DNA from: Octopus sinensis
Taxonomy: Eukaryota
Reading direction: 5' to 3'
DNA length: 64,000 nucleotides
Assembly (NCBI RefSeq): GCF_006345805.1
Contig: NC_043002.1
Coordinates: 13,330,001-13,394,000, forward strand
Shown here: piece by piece, positions 48,200 through 61,109 of the stretch
Numbering within the stretch: the first letter of the stretch is position 1
Layout of the letters: each line of letters begins with the position of its first letter
Notes under the pieces: generated by a model
Database searches by the model: none
What the model was told of the DNA's origin: nothing
What the model saw: the letters and a program-made list of their open reading frames with translations, nothing else
Program-made: the position numbers and the translations under genes

Positions 48200-48440
48200 A
48201 AAAATACAATATTTATTCAACCCGACGTACCCGAACTTACAATTTCTCCACAAACACTCGCGGATATGCTAATAAAATCAAATAACAACACAGCACCCAT
48301 GACTTTCGGAAACATTCTTTTCACGCACAGAATTGCTGATGCATGGAATATAAACTACCCGCATCAGTTGTTAGCTGTCGAGACACTACAACCTTTAAAA
48401 CTGCCATGCTTCATGAAATCCATCAACATTATACAGCTGA
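48200..48440 (+). pseudogene. CR1/L2-like LINE 3' end remnant
   Basis: NTRGYANKIK*QHSTHDFRKH / FTHRIADAWN / LPASVVSCRDTTTFKTAM across frameshifts. Confidence 0.7.
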
Positions 48441-48733
48441 TGGCCTTTTTTTCTTTCTTTCGTATTTTTCTAGTTGAAGTGTACCCGAGCACTGTATACA
48501 ACACTTTCCTTCGTTATTATATCAAATAAATGTAATAGATGTAGGCATGCATGTGCGGTTAATCGGTGAAGTTTGTATTTAAACCACGTGGTTTCAGTTT
48601 CGGTCTGATAGCGTGACATGTCGGGTAAGAGTCTGTGCTACTACAACCCAGGGTCGACTAACACTTTGCGAGGGAAACTGGTAGGCGGAGAGAGTTTGGA
48701 AGCCCATTGTATATATATATATATATATATGAC

Positions 48734-48820
48734 GGAGGTAAAGAATACGTACGCCACCCGTTTTCGGCGTAACCCTGACCGTAACCGCGGAAACGGGTGG
48801 TGTGCGTATTCTTTGCCTTC
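48734..48820. repeat. 33-bp-stem hairpin with 21-nt loop
   Basis: 28 Watson-Crick plus 5 G.T pairs, no mismatch, on the plus strand. Confidence 0.85.
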
Positions 48821-49518
48821 ACGTATATATATTTATTTATGCATGTATATATACATGTAGATGTAGGTACGTACATATATGTATGTATGTATGCATATAT
48901 TTTATTTATTACACTATATATATATATATATATATATATAGTTATCTCTGTTCAGAAGTCAGGAGGAGAAGGCACTCGTATATTTGTAAATAGAGTGGAT
49001 ATATTGATCAAAGAATGAATCTGTAATACTGGATACTTTGATTATTGTGTATATATAATATATACTAATGTGTGTATGTGTGTGTGTGTGTGTGTGTGTC
49101 GCCCGCTCCTCACCGTTTGCCAACCGGTGCTGGTATGTTTACGTGCTTGTAACCTTGCGGTTCGGCCAAAATGATTGACAGAATATATACTAGACTGAAA
49201 AAGAAGACAAAAAAAATCACTTAGGTTAATGTGTTCGACTAAAACCCTTCAAGGGGGTACTCCAGCATGATCGCAGTCCAATGAATGAAAGAAATAAGCG
49301 ATCAAAAACACCAAATTTTATGACTTATAGTCAAAACTTTTCACCAATCAAGTTTGGTCAAGCATGAAAAATGCAAACACTGTAACATCTTTAGGAATAA
49401 AGAACAACGAGGAAAAGAAACAAGTGGAGGTGAAGAGTCCAGTCGTGGCTATTGCATTTAGTGGGGGGGGGGTCGTAAAATTCTCCAGGTATAAATTATT
49501 TAGAAATATTATTATTAT

Positions 49519-49759
49519 GGTATTCTTTCGATATAACTCGACAAAATCAAAACATTTCAGTTTGGGTATTTCTGTGGAAATACCCAATTCTGTTTTCTGC
49601 TTGGAAATTTGCGTATTTTACATACATACCTGAAACAGGTAAGAACAAATATGCAAGGAGACATTGCTGGCATAATTTCGTTATATCTATACTCCACAAC
49701 CCACGGAAATACCCGAAGTGAAATGTTTTGATTTTGTCGAGTTATATCGAAAGAATGCC
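49519..49759. mobile_element. MITE with 59-bp TIRs (PIF/Harbinger-like GG termini)
   Basis: GGTATTCTTTCGATATAACTCGACAAAATC.. / ..GATTTTGTCGAGTTATATCGAAAGAATGCC in a TTA-rich site. Confidence 0.6.
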
Positions 49760-51120
49760 TTATTATTATTATTATCCAAAGTTTGCTTTTCTTAAAGCTT
49801 GTAGGCTATAATTTCATCCTTTCGGGGTCGATAAATAAAGTGCCAGTTTCACACTGGGGTCGATGTAATCGACTTAATCCCTTTGTCTGTCCTTGTTTGT
49901 CCCCTCTAATGTTTAGCCCCTTGTGGGCAATAAAGAAATATATAATATGAAAATTTGGCTGCTATTTCTAGCAAATCGAGTGACCAGGTAGGTGCTGCCT
50001 TGTTAGAATTGTGAAGAAAAACATTAAGAAAGGATAGTGGAAATGTTGAAGAATGTGTGTGTGTGAGAGAGAGAGAGGAGAGAGAGAAACTGATCTGGGA
50101 TGAGATCAATCTAACACAAACCCAGTAAAACAGATCCTATAATATATATGTAGGTACGTATGTATGTATATAGGTATATATGTCACCGAAAAAAGCTAGG
50201 TAGCTCATAATGCATACACCCTTCCCATGCACTCCCATGTTCCCCCCGTAATTATATGTGTGTGTGTGTGTGAAGGCATTCGTGTCAAGTTCCCCCTCTT
50301 ATACAAAATGAGCCAACGGCAGGTAAAAATACAAAAATAAAAAACAATCAGACGATGATAATATGAAATCCCACGAACCAGAAGAAAAAAAGTAAGCCCA
50401 AAAACGGGGATGTGGAAAGGATACAAATATATACACAGTGCCACACTCCAGCATGACCGCAACTGATGACAAAAGTATAAAAATAAAACTGTACATATAT
50501 AAACAATGCGTGTTGGTGTGTAGGCGGCTGAAGAAGGGGAATTTTCCTTGTGTTGTATGTCTTGTCTATTATTTTGTTGTTTAAGAAAAATGTCCATTTC
50601 CTTGGTTTTGTGTTTATATTTTCGTTTCTCGTTGTGTTCGACGTTTTTTTTTGGTGTCCTGTACCCATATATGCATGTATATATACATATAGATGTAGGT
50701 ACGTACATATATGTATGTATATATGCAGATGTTTTATCTATTATTTTGTTATTATATATATATATGTGTGTGTGTGCATGAAGAGAGTGAGAGAGAGAAA
50801 AAAATAGTGAAATAAAGACGGAAATTACTAAGAAATTAGGAATGAAAATAGAAAAAAAAAGCCCAGAAAGGTATGAAAATAGCAGAAAATATGGACTCAA
50901 CATAAATAATAAAGAAATGAGGAGGAAATTAATAAAAGAAAAGACAAGATGAAGAATGAGAGAAGAGAATTTGCAGACAGAATGAAATATGTATATATAA
51001 AAAATATATAACAGACTATATAGTACAGTGACCTTGACCTACAAGTGCAGAGCTATGTATAGTATATTTACATAGTAATTGCTATATATATATATATATA
51101 TATATGTTTATGTGTATGTG

Positions 51121-51152
<32 letters not shown>

Positions 51153-51209
51153 AGTATATATATGTTTATATGTGTGTATATATATGTTTATACAAGTATG
51201 TTTTTTTTT

Positions 51210-51625
51210 AGTTTTATGTTTCAGTCATTTGAATGCGGTCTTGCTGGAGCACCGCCTTTTTCAGTCGAGCAAATCGAACCCAGGAATTATTGTTTATAAA
51301 CCTAGTACTTATTCTATCGGTCTCTATTGCCGAACCGCTATAGTTACGGGTACGTAAACACACCAGCATCGGTTGTCAAGCGATGTTGGAGGGACAGACA
51401 CAACGCACACACACATATATATGTGTGTGTCTGTGTTTGTCCCCACACTATCTCTTGACAACCGATGTTGGTGTGTTTACGTCCCCGTAAGCTAGCGGAT
51501 CGGCAAAAAATGACCGATAAAATAAGGTACTAGGCTTACAATGTATAAGTCCTGAAGTTGATTTGTTCGACTAAAGGCGGAGCTGCAGCATGGCCACAAT
51601 CAAATGACTGAAACAAATAAAAGAC
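51210..51625. mobile_element. two SINE-B 3' halves in inverted orientation
   Basis: Minus copy 51210-51410, plus copy 51420-51625, meeting in the CA/TG tract. Confidence 0.75.
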
Positions 51626-51701
51626 TAAAAGAATATATATATATATGCATATATACATACATATAACATATATATATAATCATAGATGCATGTGTGTGTA
51701 A

Positions 51702-51970
51702 AAGCGCGTGGCCTATTGGTTGAGGTATTCAGCTCGCGATACCTAGCGACGCGTGTTCCTTGAGCAAGATTCTTAATTTCCCGTTGCTCCAGTCCACTCA
51801 GCTGGCATAAATGAAAGTACCTGTATTTCAAAGGGCCAGCCTTGTCCCATTGTGTCTCATGCTGAATCTCCTTGAAAAACTACGTTAAGGATGTGCATGT
51901 CTGTGGAGGGCACAGCCACCTGCATGATAATTTCACGATCAGGCTGTTCCGTTGATTGGATCTTGTGGAA
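51702..51970 (+). mobile_element. SINE-C variant
   Basis: GCGCGTGGCCTATTGGTT..CCTTGAGCAAG..CTCCAGTCCACTCAGCTGGC. Confidence 0.55.
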
Positions 51971-52158
51971 AAAAAACCTTTTTGTTGTAACCGTCGGAGG
52001 AGCAATTGTGTGTGTGTATATGCACCCGCGTGTGTGAGACCATGTAAATTGTGTAGAATTTACAGGGAAACTATAAATAATATCCAGATAAAATAAAAAA
52101 AGCTGAACTGCAAAAGCTCCGAAAACCCCCACAAATAAATATACGAAACCACACACAT

Positions 52159-52238
<80 letters not shown>

Positions 52239-52639
52239 GATATATGTATGTATACATTCATGCATAGAGTGAAAGAGAGAGAGAGAGATAGAATCAGAGA
52301 GAATGAACGAATATCGGAGATTACCGAAAACCGTTACTCATGAAACTTTCATATATATATACACACACACACATATATATATTCATATATATATATGTGT
52401 GTGTATGAATATGTATGTATATATATCGATATCTCGGTAAATTACTCAGTAAATTATGCACGCACATGCTCACTAGTTTACATAAATAGTCATATACACA
52501 CTAATAACAACATCCACAGTCGTGTGTATATATATATTTTATACACACACACATATACACACTTCCAGTGACACATCCTTATATCTCCCTCACGTTCCCA
52601 CTCTCACTCTCTTTTTCACTATCTGTCTATCTACTCTGT

Positions 52640-53025
52640 CTGCACGCACAGAACTTATAATCTTTCTCTCTCTCCCCTTCCTTCACTGTCTCTCTCTCTC
52701 CCCTTCCTTCACTGTCTCTCTCTCCCCTTCCTTCATTGTCCCTCTCTTCCCTTCCTTCACACTCTGTATCTTTCCTTTACTCTCTTTCTCTTTTCTTCAC
52801 TTTCTCTCTCTCTCTCTTTCCTTTACTCTCTTTCTCGTTTCTTCACTCTCTCTCTTTTTCCTTTACTCTCTTTCTCGTTTCTTCACTCTCTCTCTTTTTC
52901 CTTTACTCTCTTTCTCGTTTCTTCACTCTCTCTCTTTTTCCTTTACTCTCTTTCTCGTTTCTTCACTCTCTCTTTCTCTTTTTTTCACTCTTTCTCTCTT
53001 TCCTTTACTCTCTCTCTCTCTCTCT
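52640..53025. repeat. pyrimidine-rich tract with ~40-bp tandem unit
   Basis: TTTCCTTTACTCTCTTTCTCGTTTCTTCACTCTCTCTC repeated about 4 times. Confidence 0.9.
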
Positions 53026-53104
53026 GACTAGTTGCCTATGTATCTACTACACACATACACACACATAGGAATCAGACATACACTATCATACACAACATGG
53101 GAAC

Positions 53105-53215
53105 GTTCTGTTCACGTGCTCACTGCATGAATGGAGAAACTCGACCAATGGCAACGGCGGACGGCGGCATGCGCGACAGCGATTGGTCGATCGCGTACGC
53201 CGCCGACTTTCGATC
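53105..53215. promoter_or_regulatory. CpG-rich islet with an inverted CCAAT pair and an E-box
   Basis: CACGTG at 53113-53118; TCGACCAAT at 53141-49 and ATTGGTCGA at 53182-90. Confidence 0.3.
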
Positions 53216-53429
53216 TCTTAAAGCACAACAGCCTGCCGTTGATAGAAGTGTATGGGGGAAAAATACAAAAATTTATTAGTGAAGAGTCTCAGACGCATTT
53301 ACACATTACATAGGGAGAGAGACCATTAGAGGAGTCTTGTATTTGAACTTCTGTCTTCTTCATATAGCCAATACTGTACCCAAAATAACTAACAAAAACA
53401 CAAAATAATAACAATAAATAGAAAAGTCT

Positions 53430-54060
53430 GCATATGGCATCTGGAGATAATGCTGTCCATCTTTTGGCCGGAGGGTAAGAATAAATACAATATATAATAA
53501 TATAATATATGATACATAATATAATATGTATATTTATGTTTATAAAAATTAGTGTTTTAACACCTGAGATGCTGTTTATTGTTTATGTTAAATGAACTTT
53601 AATTAATTAAATATGACATCTGGAGAATATGTTGTACATCTTTTGGCTGGAGGGTAAGAATAAATACAATATATAATATATAATAATATAATATGTATAT
53701 TTATGTTTATAAAAATTAGTGATGTTTTAACACCTGAGACACTGTTAATTGTTTATGTTAAATGAACTTAAATTAATTAAATATGACATCTGGAGAATAT
53801 GCTGTACATCTTTTGGCTGGAGGGTAAGAATAAATATAATAATATAATACATATAATAATATATGTGATACATAATAATATAATGTGATGTACACACACA
53901 TACGTATATATATTTATGTTTATACAAAGGTGTGATGTTTTAACACATGAGAAGCTGTATATTGTTTATGTTAAATGAAGGTAAATTAATTAAATATGAC
54001 ATCTGGAGGTTATGTTCATCTTTTGGCCGGAGGGTAAGGAATATATGTGATATAATTTAT
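53430..54060. repeat. AT-rich tandem repeat, 4 copies of a 170-213-bp unit
   Basis: ATCTGGAG at 53439, 53618, 53788 and 54001. Confidence 0.85.
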
Positions 54061-55473
54061 AATGTACACACAGACAATATACATACGTACAAAACACATA
54101 CACCAATTATATATACAGTATACACAGATAATTAACAGAATGTATACATACATATATATATAAATATATATATATATACACAAACAGTATACACATAGCT
54201 AAGGCATATACAATATACAAATAGCTAAAGCACATGTATATACAATATACACATAGATAATATACACACATTTTATATAAATAAATAATAATGTTTAACA
54301 CCTGAAACGTTTTATATTCTTCAAATTACATGAAATTAATTCATTTAATAATACTATCTACTATGTCTGCACACACAGAACTGATGTATAAATATATACG
54401 TGGATAACGTTAACACCAGAGATTATCCATGTTCTTTATATATTAAATATGTAGTTAATTCATTTTATAACAGCAACAAGGAAAAAATTAAAGAAAAACG
54501 TACAGAAAACTAGAAAATTATCATTTTTTTGTACCCCTCCATCACTAGTCATAATTATGGGTGGACACCAAATGAGGGAGCGGTTTTGTTATCCAGCTCT
54601 GTTTACGAGTGACCCCTCAGTTTATGGCCACAATGTTTATATTTGCAGCATCTTTATTTAGTATCATTATATAATATACATTTATAGATATGTATAATAT
54701 AAATAATAGATTTGTATGTAATACATGTATGTATGTGTATATATATATACATAATATACAGTGTAATTATTGTATGTATAGATATATAATTTTTATGATG
54801 TATATAAATTCAATTTATATTTTGTTGGATGTATGAAATGTTACATGTAATCCTGTTTCATTCATTTACTAATTATCACTTCTCATCATTAACACCGTTT
54901 ATTCATTAAGTTACTCATATATTAAAATGTATTTATACATCACTATACGCTTACGAATTTATACACCCGAACCTCGTCCCCTTTTTCCTTTTTTCTTGTA
55001 AACACGAGGCACCCACCCACCAAAATCTGGGTTACACACTCAGTACATATTCAATTTGGTATATACACCCTTAATGTTAAATATATAATTTACTAATTCC
55101 CTCTATATCGTAATTCGTTTTAATCGGTTTAGCCCTCATAATGTATGTTTAATGTTTCATATATAAGTTGTGGCATCCGGTGCCGGCGATCGAGTATCGA
55201 TCTGTTTTATTGCACTTCGATCTGTTTTATTACATTTCAATCTGTTTCTTTCATTTATTTTCCAAATGGTTATCTTTGCATAGAAACTCATTTGGGAATT
55301 GCATGAACGGCCCAACATCATTTTGTCTCCTGTCTAAAGCCACTACACACACCTACACACATATATATATATATATGTGGATGTATGTACATGTAAGGTG
55401 TAAATAATTAAAAATCTATAAATATTGAACTGCCCCTCATAGTATTGGCTGTGAGTGCATTACTGCAGTATTA

Positions 55474-55520
<47 letters not shown>

Positions 55521-55779
55521 TATATATAAAGCATGTGCACAGTTGCATATTATTTAAATTTATAACATCTACATGTATATATTAACGTGCACACATTCAT
55601 ACATGTTCTTAATGCATTATCAATTAGGCATACATGCTGCATGCATACATTATGTTTGTGTGCAATATATATGTATTGTGTACATATGTGTATGTGTGCA
55701 TTTCTCGAAGCATTTAATTTATTTAAAAATGCATTATTTTTAACAACAATTGGCCAGTAATATTTTGTATATATCATTT

Positions 55780-55812
55780 ATATATATATATACAAAATAT
55801 TACTGGCCAATT

Positions 55813-55843
<31 letters not shown>

Positions 55844-56235
55844 CACATATATGTATGTATATATGCATATATTTATATATTATTTATATTATATATATAT
55901 TCATGTGTATGTATACATGCATATATTTATATATTATTTACATTATATATATATTCATGTGTATGTATACGTTTGTATGTACGCTTGTGTGTGTATATAT
56001 ATATATGTATATATACACACATATATATGTATGTATACGTTTGTATGTACGCTTGTGTGTGTATATATATATATATGTATATATACACATATATATGTAT
56101 GTATATATGCATATATTTATATATTATTTACATTATATATATATTCATGTGTATGTATACGTTTGTATGTACGCTTGTGTGTGTGTGTGTATATATATTA
56201 TATATATATATAATATATATATATACACACACGAT
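55780..56235. repeat. AT-rich compound mini/microsatellite
   Basis: Repeated TACGTTTGTATGTACGCTTGTG and ATTATTTACATTATATATATATTCATG blocks. Confidence 0.85.
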
Positions 56236-57038
56236 GTGTGTGTGTGAACATGGATGTGTAGCTTACTGCTAATTGACATACAGAAAAAAAAAAAACATTA
56301 TTATTATTACTGTTATTGTTATTATTATTATTATGTCCGTTGTGTTATTGCTAATGTCGTTGCTGGTTTCAAAATGTTAATTCCTCATCCTCCTCCCGTC
56401 TGCTCTCCTCTCCTCTCTTCTCAGCTACTCTCACACCCAAAACACACCACACACAAACACACACACAAACACACTCGCGCGCGCTTCCGACATCACCCGC
56501 CTCTTTTTTTTTTTTTATACACTTAATCACGTCTTGTTCATTTCTCCTAGTCCGACGCTCTGTCGCCTCAACCACCACCACCACCAATAATAATAGTAGT
56601 AATACTAATAATCCTTACCCCCCACCATCACCAATCTTACTGTCTGTGAGACGAACAATCCGCCCTTCACCTGCTCCGACCCCGCTTCCTTCTTCGCTGC
56701 TTCGTCTCCCACATACTTACCATTCATTTGTAGTTACCAAGCGTTGCCCTACATTTGCCCTTCACGTTCTGACCCATTGTTTACAAATACCGTTAGCTTT
56801 ATTGTTATTCTTCTTCTTATTATTATTATTTTGTTGGTGTTCTCGATGCATGTATGTGTGCATGCATGCATCCTTTTTTCTTTTCTCTCTTACTCACTCG
56901 TTCTCACTTTCTCTCATTCGCTCTGTTATCCGTTACCTTTGCTCTGTCTATCCCAACAAAAGCATTTTAAGGAACAGCTACGTGGTCGATCGACCTGCTA
57001 GAAATAACAGTTAAATCTTAGGATTTATACATTAAATA

Positions 57039-57689
57039 ATGTACATTGTGCGTGCATTTCTTCTTCTTCTCCTCCTCCACTCTGTTCTTCCTTTTCCAAA
57101 ATCTATTCCAAGCCATCGAAGGGACAGTGTTACGTGGTCGATCGACGGGCAAGATATAGCAGCTAAAATTCCGTTAGGGGACAGTGTTATGTGGTCGATC
57201 GACGGGCAAGATATAGCAGCTAAAATTCCGTTAGGAGACAGTGTTACGTGGTCGATCGACGGGCAAGATATAGCAGCTAAAATTCCGTTAAGAGACAGTG
57301 TTATGTGGTCGATCGACGGGCAAGATATAGCAGCTAAAATTCCGTTAGGGGACAGAGTTACGTGGTCGATCGACGGGCAAGATATAGCAGCTAAAATTCC
57401 GTTAGGGGACAGTGTTATGTGGTCGATCGACGGGCAAGATATAGCAGCTAAAATTCCGTTAGGAGACAGTGTTATGTGGTCGATCGACGGGCAAGATATA
57501 GCAGCTAAAATTCCGTTAGGAGACAGTGTTATGTGGTCGATCGACAGGCAAGATATAGCAGCTAAAATTCTGTTAGTGGACAGTGTTACGTGGTCGATCG
57601 ACGGGCAAGATATAGCAGCTAAAATTCCGTTAAAATATACTACATCGAACAATGTAGTCCTCGACACACCTATGTCTGAACGAAAATGA
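57039..57689 (+). CDS. hypothetical 216-aa repeat ORF (hydrophobic leader plus 9 x DSV(T/M)WSIDGQDIAAKIPLG); may be non-coding
   Basis: ORF track; leader MYIVRAFLLLLLLHSVLP; no homology recognised. Confidence 0.15.
   Translation: MYIVRAFLLLLLLHSVLPFPKSIPSHRRDSVTWSIDGQDIAAKIPLGDSVMWSIDGQDIAAKIPLGDSVTWSIDGQDIAAKIPLRDSVMWSIDGQDIAAKIPLGDRVTWSIDGQDIAAKIPLGDSVMWSIDGQDIAAKIPLGDSVMWSIDGQDIAAKIPLGDSVMWSIDRQDIAAKILLVDSVTWSIDGQDIAAKIPLKYTTSNNVVLDTPMSERK
57123..57635. repeat. 9 x 57-bp minisatellite
   Basis: GACAGTGTTAYGTGGTCGATCGACGGGCAAGATATAGCAGCTAAAATTCCGTTAGGR. Confidence 0.95.
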
Positions 57690-58689
57690 CTGAAATTATC
57701 ATTATTGCGTGACTTGCAATGTCCTTTTATTCATTGAATTTGCTCAGTAGTAAAGTTTACAATGGGATTAAACGAGGTGGACTAGGATTGAAAAAGCAAC
57801 CAAACCCTCCTCAAACTAACTCCGACCGTATTTACAAAACATTTTTTGGTTATGTTCAACCAGAGTTGACCTTGTGTTCAACTTGTACTCTGTCGTACGA
57901 ACTACATAAATTAAATGAAAATGGTGTGTTTTCTGTGTTTTAAGTTATTTATAAAAGCAATTTTATCATTTAAATTGAAGGATCGTTCGCTACTTTTCTG
58001 TTGTTCGTATTTATGTTACAAAGCAAAAAAAGTTGGTAGTAACTTCGAAGTTCAGACTTACTAGCTGTTGTCAGACTGTCTGGCGGATAGTAAAACTGCA
58101 ACTTCGAAGTCACTGTCAGCTTTTTGCTTATGTATATAGTATCGTGATTATCATTGGCTGTTCTTTTGTCTACTCGTAGGTCAACCCGGACCGAGGTGAC
58201 CTACACACAAAGCAATCTATCCATGACCATCCTGTTTTCTTTTTTCTCACATGGTGTATCCAAAACGTTTTGACTGCTATTTCTAACATGTCAAGACACC
58301 ACATAAAGGCTTCTTCGGTTTTTAGTTCAATGTCAACCCTCATTGAACGAACAGACCTATCTGTGAAGGAGCACCGTGACATTTGTGGCCACCCCTGATA
58401 ACTGGATGTAGCTGGAAGGGTTGTACATTGGCTGAAAATATAACATCCATTTAGTTTCGCTCTTATACGAAACTAAAGCTGCAGGTGTCCATTTTACCTT
58501 AATCCACCCTTTTCATAATGTAAGTACCAGAAAAAAGAAAAAAAAAAAAGGCCTGTGTCCAAAACATTTTATTCGTCTCTATCGTAAAAATATCCTTTGT
58601 TGAAAATCAATTATCAATTGGACAACAACAACAGCAGCAGCAATATAATTTATTACAATAACAACAATATATATGTAAGGGCAGCTAGT

Positions 58690-58936
58690 TGGGCTGCACA
58701 TTCTGAGTTCAAATTCCGCCGAGGTGGACTTTGCCTTTCATCCTAGCAATGAAAATCGGGTCGATGTAATCGACTTAGCCCTCCCCCAAAATTTCTGGTC
58801 TTGTGCCTTTAGTAGAAAGGATTATTATTATTATTAAATACCAGTTACACACTGAGGTCGATATAATCGACTTAACCCCTTTGTCTGTCCTTGTTTGTCC
58901 CCTCTATGTTTAGCCCCTTGTGGGTAGTAAAGAAAT
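58690..58936 (+). mobile_element. SINE-A fragments in tandem
   Basis: Family match. Confidence 0.7.
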
Positions 58937-58962
58937 AATAATAATTATTATTATTATTATTA

Positions 58963-59359
58963 TTAGCAGTATAGCCCAGCATTGCTCGGGTTTGTTTTCT
59001 TTTCGACTCTTTAGAATTGGAATTTTTGAAAAGTAAAAATTTTGCATTATGTAGCTTGTTATTCTCTTTAAGTGAACATTTTTCTGGTTGAAATACACCG
59101 AAAAATGGCGACACAGCAGTCAAAATATCGTAAAAAATAGGGATTTTCATAGAAGAAAAGCACCTTTTTGATGTAAATAATTTTTGGTGTTAACATAGTC
59201 CTATTTGAATTTTTTTCTTATACGGAAGGAAGAGCAAGCCTTCTTCTATCATACTCTCAATTTTGATCAACTTGTGCTGCAGGGTCTCGGAGGAGATAGT
59301 GTTAGTTGAAGGCTACCAAACCTGCCATACACAGACAACTTCAGCTTTATATATAGAGA
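58963..59359 (-). mobile_element. non-autonomous Helitron (397 bp)
   Basis: 5' TCTCTATATATAAAGCTG; 3' CCCGAGCAATGCTGGG..CTGCTAA, the same terminal hairpin as at 30920. Confidence 0.75.
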
Positions 59360-60059
59360 AATTATTATTATTATTATATCGCTTTGGCATTGCGATACCA
59401 GTACCTGGTGTTAAAGCTCAATGTACATATACTTAAGAACGAGTCATCAGTTGAGTACAAAGCAGTAGAAGGAAATTAGAATGACATAGGAATAAAAATA
59501 TGTCATAGACTTCGTTAGCTTTAGAAATTCATGACAATTCTGTGTTCCTTTGTCATTCTAATTCCATATTTTAGGAATTAAACAGTCTAATTGATCGATC
59601 TCAATGCTTGAGGCTTAGAATTTTAGTTAATTGGACTCAAATGTATGAAAGACAAAAAACAAGTTCACCTGTTCCTCTTGTGGGAACGTGTACATGGTGA
59701 CTCGACTGGCATGAAATAGCAGTTAAATATGCCTTAAAGCAGTAATCTCCAACCACAAACCAGCGGGGATCAAGCACCTAACAAAACAGTAAATAGTCAC
59801 ATAATTTAATTATTTCATACATATTCCACTTGTACTATATATATTCTCACTGCTGACTGCTATGAGTCAATCAAACTAATAAGATTTTGGAATTTATTCT
59901 TTCTGGGCCGCGTGGAATTTGGGAACCTCTGATTCAAAGTACACTTTACCGTGTGGAATAAAGAAGTGGAAACATTGGATAAATTTAACGGGATTGTCGC
60001 AGTTGACTGATTTTTGATCAAGGCTTAACTTGGTTGTTGTGTAGTTTCTTGTTAACCCC

Positions 60060-60290
60060 TTGTCGAGCAGAACTGTGATAAAAAAAGTGTTCCAATCGTG
60101 ACCATCCATTGTTATTGTATAGGATCACATTGTTAGTTTCTTGTCGAGCAGTACTGTGCTAAAAAGTGTTCCAATCGTGACCATCCATTGTTATTGTATA
60201 GGATCACATTGTTAGTTTCTTGTCGAGCAGTACTGTGCTAAAAAGTGTTCCAATCGTGACCATCCATTGTTATTGTATAGGATCACATTG
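60060..60290. repeat. 3 x ~79-bp tandem repeat
   Basis: TTGTCGAGCAG at 60060, 60141 and 60220. Confidence 0.9.
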
Positions 60291-61109
60291 TCTGGTGTAA
60301 TGATAATGATTTCTTTGTGTTTTAAAGGTGATGGCTGTTAGAATCGATGGATCGATATTTAGTTACGTCACCTAACCCCCACCGATGTCTGTTTCTTACA
60401 AGAGCTGTACTATCAACGGTGATCGCTCGACCTGTTAGAAATAGCAGCTAAATCTGACTGATTATTATATCTTACTGTTTTGAAAAGGAGAGAGCACATT
60501 AGGTAATGATTATAAAGCAATAATTTACATTCTAAGGGCGATGGCTGATAGAATTGATAGATATTTAGTTACGTCCCTTAACCTCCAACGATATCTGCTT
60601 TCTGACAAGGGAAGTACTACATGGTCGCTCTACTTGCTAGAAATAGCTAACTCTGACTAATTATAACATTTTGATGTTTTGAAAAGGTACATTAGATAAT
60701 GTAATCTAACACACACATTGCTCGATAAAATCTTCGATTACAGGTCTGCTCATCTAGGACCCGATCTGATGCTGAACAAAACAAATACACTCTAATAAGC
60801 CCTCAATTTGCCTCAAAATGTATGACTTGGCTCCATATCAGAAATCAATTTTATCGATGTCTATCGTCCTTGTAGCAAATAAGGTTACTGCCAGTAATCT
60901 TTATGTTGGGGAATTTATGTGAGAGGTCACTATACTCTTGGTTCTGTGGGGGATCCTTGATTCGTTCCAAATGGCCACCCTCCCTCTATATGTCTATACT
61001 GTCGCTATTTTCTCATTCAACTCCTTCATATTTTTCTAATCTTTCTCTGTAGTTCGTCGCCTTTGTGGCAATAATAGAACAATTATTATTCATGGTGTGC
61101 ACAAACGTT

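Noticed and set aside
50520-50560. CTGAAGA-AGGGG..CCTT as a hammerhead
   Set aside because: No GAAA after the stem; CTCATGA at ~20763 fails likewise.
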